Source of the DNA: Ignavibacteria bacterium
GTDB lineage: Bacteria > Elusimicrobiota > Endomicrobiia > PHAN01
DNA: 64,000 bases
Direction of reading: 5' to 3'
NCBI GenBank assembly: GCA_041694835.1
Contig: JBGFRZ010000082.1
Coordinates: forward strand, 32,001-96,000
Shown here: positions 29,007 through 38,167 of the stretch, piece by piece
Position numbering within the stretch: position 1 is the first letter of the stretch
How the letters are laid out: each line of letters starts with the position of its first letter
Translations under genes and position numbers: made by a program
The notes under the pieces: model-generated
Told to the model about the DNA's origin: nothing
The model's input: only the letters and a program-made list of their open reading frames with translations
The model's database searches: none

Positions 29007-32000
29007 TTTTCCCTCCTGATTTGTTATTTATCTTGTTTGTTAATTCCTTCTCAAAGCTAATCAGATTCTCGTTTTTAGGTTCTATGGATATCGCCTTTTT
29101 TATCGCCATAAGAGCGTCATCCAGTTTGTCTGTGTTATAAAAGCATAAGGACATATACTGCTGTGCTTCCGCGCTGGATGGATTATTCCGAGTGAACTCC
29201 CTCAGTATTTCCAAAGACTCGGAGTAACTGCCTTGTTCGCAAAGTTCTACGGCTCTTTTCAAAAGCATCGGTCTGACTTCTTTTGGTGTCTGTCCATAAG
29301 AAACCATCTTTCCCATAAAGTCGTCGGCGAATTTCTTAAGATTTTCCCTCATCTCCCGTCGACGAATGCTTTCTGCCATTATTTCTTTTGTAGTCATTTG
29401 CATACCGGCCTCGAGCACATCGAGTTGATTCATCTTAAGTTCAAGCAGTTTTGTGAATCTATCTTTTTCCGACATTATAGAGTTTTCAAGTTCTGATATT
29501 TCCCGAACCATAGAGATAAGTTCGGTGTTTTTATCCTCATAAAGCTTTAACTGAGCGGATATCTCCGGAGAATCCTTCATATAAGAGGCTCCCGCATCCG
29601 CAAGCTCTTTTCTTAAATTCTCTATGGCTTGAGATGAGAGTTTATGCTGCGACTTATTCTTATCGATTGTCTCTTCCAGAACTCCTTTTAGTTCATCAAT
29701 ATATTTTTGGAGCTCTTCTCCGCGCTTTTTTGTTTCATTTTGCAGACGCTCATTTCTCAACTCAAGTCGTTTTGAGAGGGTGGTTATCTTTTCTTCTTCC
29801 ATATAGATTTTGTTTTTAGACTCTGACAAATAATCGTTGTATTTCCTGAGAAGTTCCGTCAAATCTTTTTCGAGCTTTTTCAAGAGGTTCTTGCTTTTTT
29901 TCTCATGCCTCAATCGCGCAGTCTCGAACTCGGACTTCGAAAGTGCCACTTTGAGTTTTCTGGATTCTATTTCCTTTTCAATCTCTCCGATTATCTTTGC
30001 CGAAGAGTTCTCGCTTTCTTTCAACTTACTTTCCCAAAGATTCACTTCGGCGAGGAGCGTTTCTCTCTCTTTAAGAAGCTTCGCTTCCTGAAGGACCCAT
30101 TCGGATTCGAGGCGATTTTTTTCATCGTCATATTTTGCCTCTAGTTCTCTTTGCGTTTTTATTTTCCCGGAAATCGTTTCCCCGGTTTCCTTCTTTAACT
30201 TTTCCATTTCAGACGACAACTTTTCCATCTCTCGCTCGATCTTTTCTTTCTCGGCGAGGTGTTCTTTCGTTATTCGTTGCTCTTCGTCGGTCACATAGGA
30301 TTCCCATGTTGTTATTTTGTTTCCGAGCTCTTTCATCTCTTCTTCTTTTTGCGATTTTAAATTGCTCCAGTAATCGCCTTGCTCTCTGATAGTCTTTTGA
30401 AGAGTTGATATCTGCTCTTCAAGTCTTTTATTCGTATCAGTCCAGGTTGTCTCTTTATTCTTTAGTTCATTTTTTGTCTGTTCAAGAGATGCCTGTGATT
30501 TATTGATGAACGCATTCAGCTCGCTCGTCTTGGAGCAAAGCGCGGTTTTGCCCGCATTCTGAACTTCCAAAAAGTTGTTTTGGAGCATCGTCAGTTCTTC
30601 GGCCAGAACTTTTCTCTCGTTTTCATAATTTTCGTTTTGCTTTTTTTCCTCCTCGTGCCATGATTTTTCTCTTAAAGCCATCTGCGTCTTCAGGACATAA
30701 AGTTGCCTGTCCAGAATCCTTACTTCATCGCGATTCGTTCCGACTAGAGCTTTTAGCTTATGTTCTAACTCATCCCTCTTCCTATCAAGCGAATGTTTCT
30801 CGGCGGCATAATTCTGTGATGAGTTTTCAAACTTTGTTTTCATTTCATCTTCCAATACTTTTAGATTCTGCTGTCCAACTTTCAGTTTTTCTTCAACTTC
30901 GGATAACTCTTGCTCCTGCTTGATTTTTATGGCTTTCATCTGGTTTTCAAGATTTTCTTTCCTTTTTTCAATTCTTTTGACGAACTGCTCATGCGATTGA
31001 AAATATGAATCTCTATTTTTTGTGTAATTATCCTCCTGTTCCTTCAATTTCGCATTTAGTTCCTGAATCTGCTGCTGCCTTGTGGCAACCATCCCCGGAT
31101 GTTTTTCTTCCAACTGCGCAAGTTCCATTTCATTCGATGTAATTTTGGAAATCAGCAGTTCTTTGACTTTATTAAACTCGCTTTCCATATGATTCAACCT
31201 GGCTTTATACTCCTGTTCAAACCTCAAGTGGTCCGACTTAAGCTTTTCAATTTCACGCTTTTTCTCCGCCAGCAACTCCGCATGGCGGGATTTCATCTCT
31301 TCCGATTCATTTTCAATCTTTTCTATTTCCTCATTTATGAGCTTTTTTTCATTTTCATTTTCTAACTCAAGAATTTTTATTTCTTTTTCATATTTGTGAA
31401 TGTTGGTTTCACGAGATGCGTTTAAAAAAGTTATCTTGTTATCGAACTCTATTAAGATATCAGCATGTTTTTTTCTTGTTTCATCAAGTTTTTTTGAAGA
31501 TTCTTCGAGTTTTTTTCTGACCAACTCAAGCTCCGCGCTTATTATGCTCTCCTTTTCTTCTATCTCATATTTATTTGCCGAAATTAAATCATTCACTTTT
31601 TTACTTATCGCTTGTATATGTCTTTCGGACTCCGAAATTTCACTTTCGCATTTTTCTTTAAAAAAATTAAACCCGACTTTCGTCCTTTCAAGCGACTCTA
31701 TCGCTATCTTCTTCTTGCCTTCAAGTTCAAAGCGGGTGGCGTCCAAATTTTTTTGTAACACCGCTGTCTTTTCCAAAAGAACTTTTTCTAACTGATTGTT
31801 CTCATCGTTTTTCGCGCTTACGGTCTCATCAAATCTCTTTTGTTCTGAAATCACCACACTATTCAATTCCTCTATTTTAGCCTCAATACTTCCTTTTTCT
31901 TCTTTTAGTTTTACATTAAAACTTTCAAGCGCAAGAGAATGATTTTTCTTTTCATCTTCCATCTTTTGCATCAAAGACTGATGGACATTTTCAAGTTCCT

Positions 32001-33846
32001 TCATGTTTTTTGAATGTTCTTTTTCAAGCGATATTTTTTGAGAGTCAATCTCGTCTATGTCGGCCTTTATTGAATCGATTTCGGCCGAGAGTTTATCGAC
32101 TGACTGATGGTATCTACTTTCAAGCATATTTTCCTGATGGGCAAAACGTTGCTTCAAACTTAAATAATCTCTTTCCTTTTCTGCCATCTTCTGCTTAAAA
32201 TCCATCTCAAGACGCGCTTTTTTACTTTCAGCGACCTTCAGCTTTTCTTTATAAGGTTCAACTTCCACAAAAAGTTTCTTTTTAGCGTTCTCAAAAGACC
32301 TGGTGCTTTCCAAAAGTTCCGCTTCCACTGAATTTTTTGCGGCTTCAACCTGGGATTTCTTTTGAGAAAGAAGTGAAGAGTACTCCGTCTTTATTTTCGA
32401 AAAATCTTCCTGGAACTTTTGATATTTATCCTCGATGAGTTTTTTCTCCTCGGAAAGAATTTCAATTTGATGTTTATGTTGAAGATTCTTCTGTTCCTGG
32501 TTCGATTGCCAATCGTTTTTGAACTTTTCCATCTCTTCGTACTTTCCGGAGAGTTCACTTTGATATTCTATTTTCTGGTTCAAAACTTCTTTTTCAAGAT
32601 CAGTACATCTCAAAGAGATTCTCTTTTTTTCATTTTCAATATTTGTTTTGTATTTTTCTATTTCTGCGTTTTTCTCCCTTATCTTTATTTGAGCCTGGAT
32701 TTTAATGTCTTCTATATCCTGATCCGCGACTCTTATCATATTCTCCCATTCGGATTTTTCCTGCTCATATTTCTGATGAAGCTCCTTGAGCTGTTTTTCA
32801 GCCAGAGATTTTGCCTCTTTGAACTCGTTGAAACGTTTTTCGCGAGCGGAACTTTCCTGCGTTTCCTGAAGCATCATGTCAATTTTTAGTTTATTGAAAG
32901 CATCTTCCCTCTCTTTCAATAGTTTCTCGTATTTCTCCTTTTCGGAAAGCGACTCCCTTTCCATCTCACTCATCTGAGCCACTAACTTTTCTTTTAAATC
33001 CTTAAGCAATATCTTTTTCGCATTCAGTTCCTGCTCATATATTATCTGACGCTGTTTCAAAGCCGAGCTGAATGCAAGCAATCCCTCTTTTTTATCGTTA
33101 TAAATTTTCTGGAAGTTTGCTCTCATTTCGGAAAGATTTTTTTCAACACCATTCAACTGATTATTGTAATTGCCTTCTAATTCTTTTTTCTCCCGATGAA
33201 ATTTTTCCTCTTCCTGCCGGGACTGGTTGACTCTGAGGGATATCTGTGCTTTTAATGCCACGATTTCCTCTTCCCTGCCTTTCAGTCTTGTTACAAATTC
33301 CCCTATTTCCTGCTGTGCTTTTTTCTCGAAGGCAAGAAGCTGACTTTCTATCTCTCTTAATTCCTGAGTGGATGAAATTATCTCTTTTTCATCTTCGGCT
33401 TTTTTTTCGTTTTCCCTGGTTTGCAAATTTACTTTTGTTTCGTCTATCTCGGTTATGATAGCTCTGATTTTTTGACCCCACTCTTTATCCTCTTCTTCTA
33501 TCTTGCGCTCAACCCTTTGCAGTTCGTCATTCCATTTTTTTCTAAGCGAATTTATCGAGTCCTGATGAAGTTGCATGTTGTTTGAAAGTTCGAGTTCAAC
33601 AAGTTCAAGATGGATGGAAAGTTTTATTTTTTCATCTTCTTTCTCTTTTTCTTTCTTCCTGTAATTTTCCCGCTCAACTTCGAGCATCTTTTCTATGTTT
33701 TCAAGTTGCTCACGCGCCGTTTTTTTTATGCTTTGTAAATCATGGCTGGCGGTAAGCTCTATCTTTTTCTCGTCGCACTCAATATCCGATGTCGCTTTTT
33801 TTTCGGCGACTGGTTCCTCTTTGTGTTTGATTAGCCACTTCCACAT
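28996..33846 (-). CDS. Giant coiled-coil protein with 61-residue periodicity and C-terminal TPR
   Basis: 1616 aa; 61-aa register counted by hand; C-terminal TPR (AVELCEQGSYSES...NPSSAEAQQYM...AISIEPKN); GGAGG upstream of the start. Confidence 0.85.
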   Translation of the reverse strand: MWKWLIKHKEEPVAEKKATSDIECDEKKIELTASHDLQSIKKTAREQLENIEKMLEVERENYRKKEKEKEDEKIKLSIHLELVELELSNNMQLHQDSINSLRKKWNDELQRVERKIEEEDKEWGQKIRAIITEIDETKVNLQTRENEKKAEDEKEIISSTQELREIESQLLAFEKKAQQEIGEFVTRLKGREEEIVALKAQISLRVNQSRQEEEKFHREKKELEGNYNNQLNGVEKNLSEMRANFQKIYNDKKEGLLAFSSALKQRQIIYEQELNAKKILLKDLKEKLVAQMSEMERESLSEKEKYEKLLKEREDAFNKLKIDMMLQETQESSAREKRFNEFKEAKSLAEKQLKELHQKYEQEKSEWENMIRVADQDIEDIKIQAQIKIREKNAEIEKYKTNIENEKKRISLRCTDLEKEVLNQKIEYQSELSGKYEEMEKFKNDWQSNQEQKNLQHKHQIEILSEEKKLIEDKYQKFQEDFSKIKTEYSSLLSQKKSQVEAAKNSVEAELLESTRSFENAKKKLFVEVEPYKEKLKVAESKKARLEMDFKQKMAEKERDYLSLKQRFAHQENMLESRYHQSVDKLSAEIDSIKADIDEIDSQKISLEKEHSKNMKELENVHQSLMQKMEDEKKNHSLALESFNVKLKEEKGSIEAKIEELNSVVISEQKRFDETVSAKNDENNQLEKVLLEKTAVLQKNLDATRFELEGKKKIAIESLERTKVGFNFFKEKCESEISESERHIQAISKKVNDLISANKYEIEEKESIISAELELVRKKLEESSKKLDETRKKHADILIEFDNKITFLNASRETNIHKYEKEIKILELENENEKKLINEEIEKIENESEEMKSRHAELLAEKKREIEKLKSDHLRFEQEYKARLNHMESEFNKVKELLISKITSNEMELAQLEEKHPGMVATRQQQIQELNAKLKEQEDNYTKNRDSYFQSHEQFVKRIEKRKENLENQMKAIKIKQEQELSEVEEKLKVGQQNLKVLEDEMKTKFENSSQNYAAEKHSLDRKRDELEHKLKALVGTNRDEVRILDRQLYVLKTQMALREKSWHEEEKKQNENYENERKVLAEELTMLQNNFLEVQNAGKTALCSKTSELNAFINKSQASLEQTKNELKNKETTWTDTNKRLEEQISTLQKTIREQGDYWSNLKSQKEEEMKELGNKITTWESYVTDEEQRITKEHLAEKEKIEREMEKLSSEMEKLKKETGETISGKIKTQRELEAKYDDEKNRLESEWVLQEAKLLKERETLLAEVNLWESKLKESENSSAKIIGEIEKEIESRKLKVALSKSEFETARLRHEKKSKNLLKKLEKDLTELLRKYNDYLSESKNKIYMEEEKITTLSKRLELRNERLQNETKKRGEELQKYIDELKGVLEETIDKNKSQHKLSSQAIENLRKELADAGASYMKDSPEISAQLKLYEDKNTELISMVREISELENSIMSEKDRFTKLLELKMNQLDVLEAGMQMTTKEIMAESIRRREMRENLKKFADDFMGKMVSYGQTPKEVRPMLLKRAVELCEQGSYSESLEILREFTRNNPSSAEAQQYMSLCFYNTDKLDDALMAIKKAISIEPKNENLISFEKELTNKINNKSGGKNGR

Positions 33847-33861
33847 ATTATTCCTCCGCTT

Positions 33862-35676
33862 TTATTTTCTTGATGCCTCGAGTTTTATCTGTTCAATAAA
33901 GTTTGACAGCTCCGTGTCATTTGGGTTTATGTTTAACACCGCTTCATAATTTGCAATCGCTTCGTCATATCTTCCGAGAGCATAATATGAAGCGGCAATA
34001 TAACTGTAGGCGTCGGTCAAAGTGTTGTCGATTGAAAGGACGTACTCAAGATAGCTTATGGCATCCTCATAGTTTCCCGCTTCATAACTGGAGAGTCCTG
34101 CCTGATAGTAATCCGCAGCGTCACCTTCCGAAGGAGCGGCTTCTTCGTCAACAACCTCTTCACCCTCAAGAGCGCTGCTTTTCGGCTTTTCTCTTATAAA
34201 GATTTTACCGTCATCTTCAAGTTTTCTTATGACATCCATTATTTTCTTTCTTCCTTCTTCTGTCTGTAACGGCGTTACGGATTGGGTGTACTGCATTTCT
34301 TCTTGAATAAGTTGGACCGCGTTAGACGACATGTTGGCAAAAAACTTATTTACCACATCCTGAGGCACTCCTTTGAGTGAGCGGGCAAGAAGTTCCGAAT
34401 TTTTCAAATCTGGAAAGTTAAGTATTGTCTGCATCGTCTGATCCGTGAAGTTCTTAATGTCATCAAACTTCAATATAAACTTTCTGACCCTGTCGTAGAG
34501 TTCCGGTTTTTCGTTCTGTAGATAATCCAGTATGTTGTCCCTTGTTACGTTGTCAACCTGATCAAGCACTTTCAAAAGATGCTCTATGCCGCCTATTAGG
34601 AAGTCTATCTTTTCTTTTATGTCGTCGTCTATCTTCATTACCTTATCCCTCGTCATCTGTCTTATGGTCGCCATCTCTATGGCCACCTGCGACTGAACCT
34701 GCGCCGAAAGGCTGAGAAGTATCTCTTTGACATGCTCGGGTTTAAGATAACTTATTACGAGAGCTATTATTCTTGCGCTTTCTTTCCTTATTAAATATAT
34801 AAGTCTTTTAAGATTTTCGTCATCTACATAGTGAAACGGTTTGTACTTTTTTTTCTCCTCTTCCAGCGCTTCAAGCTCAGCCGCAGAAAGAGCGCCGCCT
34901 CCGCCTCCTCCTTCACCGCCTTCTGGCTCCCCCTCGGGGTTTTCGAATTTTGAATCCACGGTAACTTCTGTTCCGCCCTTTTCCCTCATCGTTTTTACAT
35001 ATGCACGGAAAAAGCCAGCAAGAGGACCGAAAAGAAAAAATAAAAGAAGAAATGCTATAACAAGAGGTATCAAAACAAGCGGCTTCAGCAGCTCTTCAAA
35101 AAATCCCGTCGTGAATTTTGTTTTCTTAAAATCTATCCGGTCACCGCGCTTTTGATCTATTCTGAGAGCGGAAGTAATAGCATCTTTTACGGCTTCAAGT
35201 TTCGACTCGGGAACTTTTTCATCGTGCAAAACAGTCACTATCTGTTTTTTCAGAGCAATTTTGACCTCGACAGTTATTTTTTCCTGCTGGCCGGCCTCTT
35301 CTTTCGATTCGCCGACTTGATCCGCTTGAGAAACCGCTCTGGGCGCCGGAACACCCGGCAGCAGATACTCCACCTCGCCTATCGGCTTCTTTTTTTCGGC
35401 CTTTCTTTCCCTGACGAAGGTTTTTCTGGTTATCGTATCAAGACCGAATTCGACATCGACTATGGCTATCGCTTTATCCGGTCCAAGTATCCTGTCAAGG
35501 ATGTCTTTCTGAACGTACTCCGTCTTTTCTTTTTCGTACTTGAGTTCATGTTCTATCAGTGAGATTTCCGCAGACTGCGGGGTCATCTGTCCATAAAGAT
35601 AAACAAAAGAAGAAAGAGCCAGTAAAAGTGCCACCGCGCTTTGTTTCAAATTTTTAAGCTGTTTTAATTTTTTCAT
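33862..35676 (-). CDS. FliF C-terminal ring-domain / TM / FliG middle+C-terminal / TPR fusion protein
   Basis: Signal peptide; ILDRILGPDKAIAIVDVEF and VTVLHD...ITSALRIDQKRGDRIDF (FliF RBM3-like); one TM; IALVISYL, GGIE, PELYDRVR, LARSLKG, FFANMS and IRKLEDDGKI (FliG-like); two TPRs. Confidence 0.8.
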   Translation of the reverse strand: MKKLKQLKNLKQSAVALLLALSSFVYLYGQMTPQSAEISLIEHELKYEKEKTEYVQKDILDRILGPDKAIAIVDVEFGLDTITRKTFVRERKAEKKKPIGEVEYLLPGVPAPRAVSQADQVGESKEEAGQQEKITVEVKIALKKQIVTVLHDEKVPESKLEAVKDAITSALRIDQKRGDRIDFKKTKFTTGFFEELLKPLVLIPLVIAFLLLFFLFGPLAGFFRAYVKTMREKGGTEVTVDSKFENPEGEPEGGEGGGGGGALSAAELEALEEEKKKYKPFHYVDDENLKRLIYLIRKESARIIALVISYLKPEHVKEILLSLSAQVQSQVAIEMATIRQMTRDKVMKIDDDIKEKIDFLIGGIEHLLKVLDQVDNVTRDNILDYLQNEKPELYDRVRKFILKFDDIKNFTDQTMQTILNFPDLKNSELLARSLKGVPQDVVNKFFANMSSNAVQLIQEEMQYTQSVTPLQTEEGRKKIMDVIRKLEDDGKIFIREKPKSSALEGEEVVDEEAAPSEGDAADYYQAGLSSYEAGNYEDAISYLEYVLSIDNTLTDAYSYIAASYYALGRYDEAIANYEAVLNINPNDTELSNFIEQIKLEASRK

Positions 35677-35687
35677 ATATTTACCCT

Positions 35688-37322
35688 TTATCTAAGTTGG
35701 TTCAGGAACTGCGGAACCACTCTGTTTGTTGGATCTATTTCGAGCACCCGCATCCAGACCTCTTTTGCTTTTTCCGGCTGATCCATCATAAAGAAAGCGC
35801 TTCCCATAATTTCGTAAGCTGTCACATGGTTCGGTTCAAGATTCAGCACTTCCTGGGCTTTAATAAGGGCTTTGTCATATTTGCCGTCTATTATGGCTTG
35901 TCTTGCGTCGAAGATCTTCTGATCTATTATAGTAAATCCTGCGATTGTTTCCTTGAATGCTTCCGTAGGCGGGATGCCCATTTCTTTTTCAATCCTGTTC
36001 AACAAAGCAAGTAGCTTCATGTTCTCGGGTTTTTTGTAATAAGCATATCTGAAAGAGTTTATGGCGCCCGTGTCGTCGCCTTCTATATATGCTACAATCC
36101 CTTTTCTTGTCGCTACGGCATCTTCAGTATCTCCTACCACAGTGTCTATGTGACCTATTATTACCTGTAGTTTTTTGGACATATTCTGTGCATCTTTATT
36201 GGCCGGGTCTATATCAAGAAGTTTTTCAAGTCGATTGTGGGAAAGAAGCATGTCTCCTTTTCTGTAGGATTCTATAGCTTCTTTCATAAGACGCACCACT
36301 ATAGCCGCTCTGTTAGCGCTTACCGATTCCCCTATTTTCCACGAACCGGATATTCTATGTGAAAGTCCGAGCTCATGCAAAGCAAACGCATAATCAAGCC
36401 CGTAATCTTTATATTTGAAACCAAAACCAGCGGTTGTCTCTCTTATTCTACCTTCGCCCTCGAATCCGAGACGCATGGCAAGATAATTCATAAGCCAGTA
36501 TTCTGTCCCTATGTGCCAGCCGAGATTTGCGTTAAGCGATTTTTCAATATCAAACGCCAGTAAAAACTTTTTTTTCATAAACGGATGGGCCGCGCCGACT
36601 CTGAATATCATAGGAAGTTTGTCTTCCGTATCGCCAAAGCTCGTAGAAATTATGTTCCTGACACCGAAAGCAATTTTTATATCGGGCAACGTGTCATTTA
36701 CTCCTTCAAGGAGCAGCGCAAGATCGAATGTTAGGGCTCCGCTTATAGAATCGGCCAGAGCATGGTTCATGTACTTCCCAGAAAGACCTATGGAGAGATT
36801 TTCTCTTATTCTTCTGCCGTATGCTGCCATTAAAGCCAGACGGGAATCTTCAAATGTGCCTAAATTTTCAATCTTAACTATGTCCTGTGTAGTTGGGTCT
36901 ATGTTTATCGCTATTTTTTCAAAACCGCCCGAGTGGAGACGGACGATGTTTGCTCCGAAAACTCCCAACTTTGCGGTTGGATGCACATACGACAGAAAGT
37001 TATAGTTGGTATCGGCAAAAAGCGTGGCATGGAGAGCCATAACTTCTTTCCTGTCAAGCTGGGTCAGAGCTGCCGGATTCCAGTAAGTAGCGGAGGCATC
37101 GTCGGAAACCGCGAAAAACGCTTTTCCCATACCAAGTGATTTAGCGCCAGCACCCCATGAAAGGAACTGCCCAGGCTGGCCGCCGGTGGCAGCGGCAAAG
37201 ACAGAGGATAGCGGCGAGAGACAAGAGACGAGAGAACAAATAAAAACAAAAGCCATCCCTGACAAAGTTTTTGCGACTTTGTTCGCTAGTTTTGTCGAGA
37301 GTTTTGTTTTTGAATTTTTCAT
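35688..37322 (-). CDS. PorV/PorQ-like (FadL-type) outer-membrane barrel with C-terminal TPRs
   Basis: FLSWGAGAKSLGMGKAFFAVSDDASATYWNPAAL, LPMIFRVG, GTEYW and LDYAF...HRIS motifs; several TPRs. Confidence 0.8.
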   Translation of the reverse strand: MKNSKTKLSTKLANKVAKTLSGMAFVFICSLVSCLSPLSSVFAAATGGQPGQFLSWGAGAKSLGMGKAFFAVSDDASATYWNPAALTQLDRKEVMALHATLFADTNYNFLSYVHPTAKLGVFGANIVRLHSGGFEKIAINIDPTTQDIVKIENLGTFEDSRLALMAAYGRRIRENLSIGLSGKYMNHALADSISGALTFDLALLLEGVNDTLPDIKIAFGVRNIISTSFGDTEDKLPMIFRVGAAHPFMKKKFLLAFDIEKSLNANLGWHIGTEYWLMNYLAMRLGFEGEGRIRETTAGFGFKYKDYGLDYAFALHELGLSHRISGSWKIGESVSANRAAIVVRLMKEAIESYRKGDMLLSHNRLEKLLDIDPANKDAQNMSKKLQVIIGHIDTVVGDTEDAVATRKGIVAYIEGDDTGAINSFRYAYYKKPENMKLLALLNRIEKEMGIPPTEAFKETIAGFTIIDQKIFDARQAIIDGKYDKALIKAQEVLNLEPNHVTAYEIMGSAFFMMDQPEKAKEVWMRVLEIDPTNRVVPQFLNQLR

Positions 37323-37358
37323 TTCATCAAACCCTGTCCTCTACTCTCTCCTCCGCTT

Positions 37359-37727
37359 TTAATGTATGACTCCAATTTTTCTTAAAGCCACTATCTTCCC
37401 GCCATCGACGGAAACCACACAGATATATCCGCCCTTGGCGACGTAATGACCGTTTTCGTCGCGACCGTCCCACAGGATTGTATCTCCAAAAAATTCGAGA
37501 TGCTTGACGGGGCGGCCAAAAAGATCGAAAATTTTTACCGCAATTCCAACGTCGGTCTGATTTGATTTTTTTACAAGGATGCTTGTGGAAGTTTTTCTCG
37601 AATCGAACGGATTGGGATAGTTTGAAAGAAATATGTCAGAAGATGATGCGACGGATGCCGTCAACAAAAGAATTGATGAGGCGAAAGGGATAAGTAAAAG
37701 ATAATTTAAAAAGTTGATGTGCTTCAT
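37359..37727 (-). CDS. Small secreted protein consisting of one T9SS-CTD / FlgD-Ig-like domain
   Basis: Signal peptide, then NYPNPF...KIFDLFGRPVK...WDGRDENG..V..GGY. Confidence 0.75.
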   Translation of the reverse strand: MKHINFLNYLLLIPFASSILLLTASVASSSDIFLSNYPNPFDSRKTSTSILVKKSNQTDVGIAVKIFDLFGRPVKHLEFFGDTILWDGRDENGHYVAKGGYICVVSVDGGKIVALRKIGVIH

Positions 37728-37734
37728 AAATTGC

Positions 37735-37873
37735 CTTCGGTAACCCGGCCGCCATAATCTCGCATTTTGCTTGATGTTAGGCCCGTATCCTGACCTATAG
37801 TCAGAATGACCCGATTCAACATCGGGATCGGCTTTGCGTCCTCCGGTTTCCCGGAGTTTGCCATTTATCGGAC
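37735..37873 (-). ncRNA. Cyclic di-GMP-I (GEMM) riboswitch, downstream copy
   Basis: GATAAATGGCAAAC-TCCGG-GAAA-CCGGA-GGACGCAAAGCC...GGGCCTAA...TATGGCGGCCGGGTTACCGAA, ending about 8 nt before the start codon. Confidence 0.85.
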
Positions 37874-37916
37874 AATCCTTACGTTTCCATCTCCGCCACG
37901 GCGGAAGGGGGCTATC

Positions 37917-37953
37917 AAAATAAAAATGCTACCGAACTTCCGCCCGGTAGCAT
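37917..37953 (-). terminator. Intrinsic terminator between the two riboswitches
   Basis: ATGCTACCG-N10-CGGTAGCAT followed by TTTTATTTT. Confidence 0.7.
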
Positions 37954-38030
37954 AAAGATAGGGGGTCCTAAAACTTGTTGCAAACCACTACAACCGCAAC
38001 CGCTAACAAATTAAACTTACTACACCTTCT

Positions 38031-38165
38031 CTCGGTAGCCCGGCCAGCTCCCCCGACATTATGTCGGGGGCATCGCTCCGATTTCCCGAAACGATTTTGA
38101 TAGCCCCCTATCTTTAGCTCCGCGGCTTTGCGTCCTCCGGTTTCCCGAAGTTTGCCTTTATCGCA
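38031..38165 (-). ncRNA. Cyclic di-GMP-I (GEMM) riboswitch, upstream copy
   Basis: GATAAAGGCAAAC-TTCGG-GAAA-CCGGA-GGACGCAAAGCCGCGGAGCTAAA...GCTGGCCGGGCTACCGA. Confidence 0.82.
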
Positions 38166-38167
38166 AT

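Noticed and set aside
25959-33846. Calling the giant coiled-coil proteins SMC/SbcC ATPases or phage tape measures
   Set aside because: No Walker A/B, signature or hinge motifs, no phage genes nearby, and a true smc is present at 13411-16857
33862-35676. Annotating the fusion simply as fliG of a flagellar operon
   Set aside because: It has a signal peptide, TM, FliF-like domain and TPRs, lacks FliG-N and EHPQ, and no other flagellar gene is in the window
37735-38165. cGAMP-sensing (GEMM-Ib) specificity
   Set aside because: Both aptamers have G, not A, at the position equivalent to nucleotide 20 (GGCAAAC)
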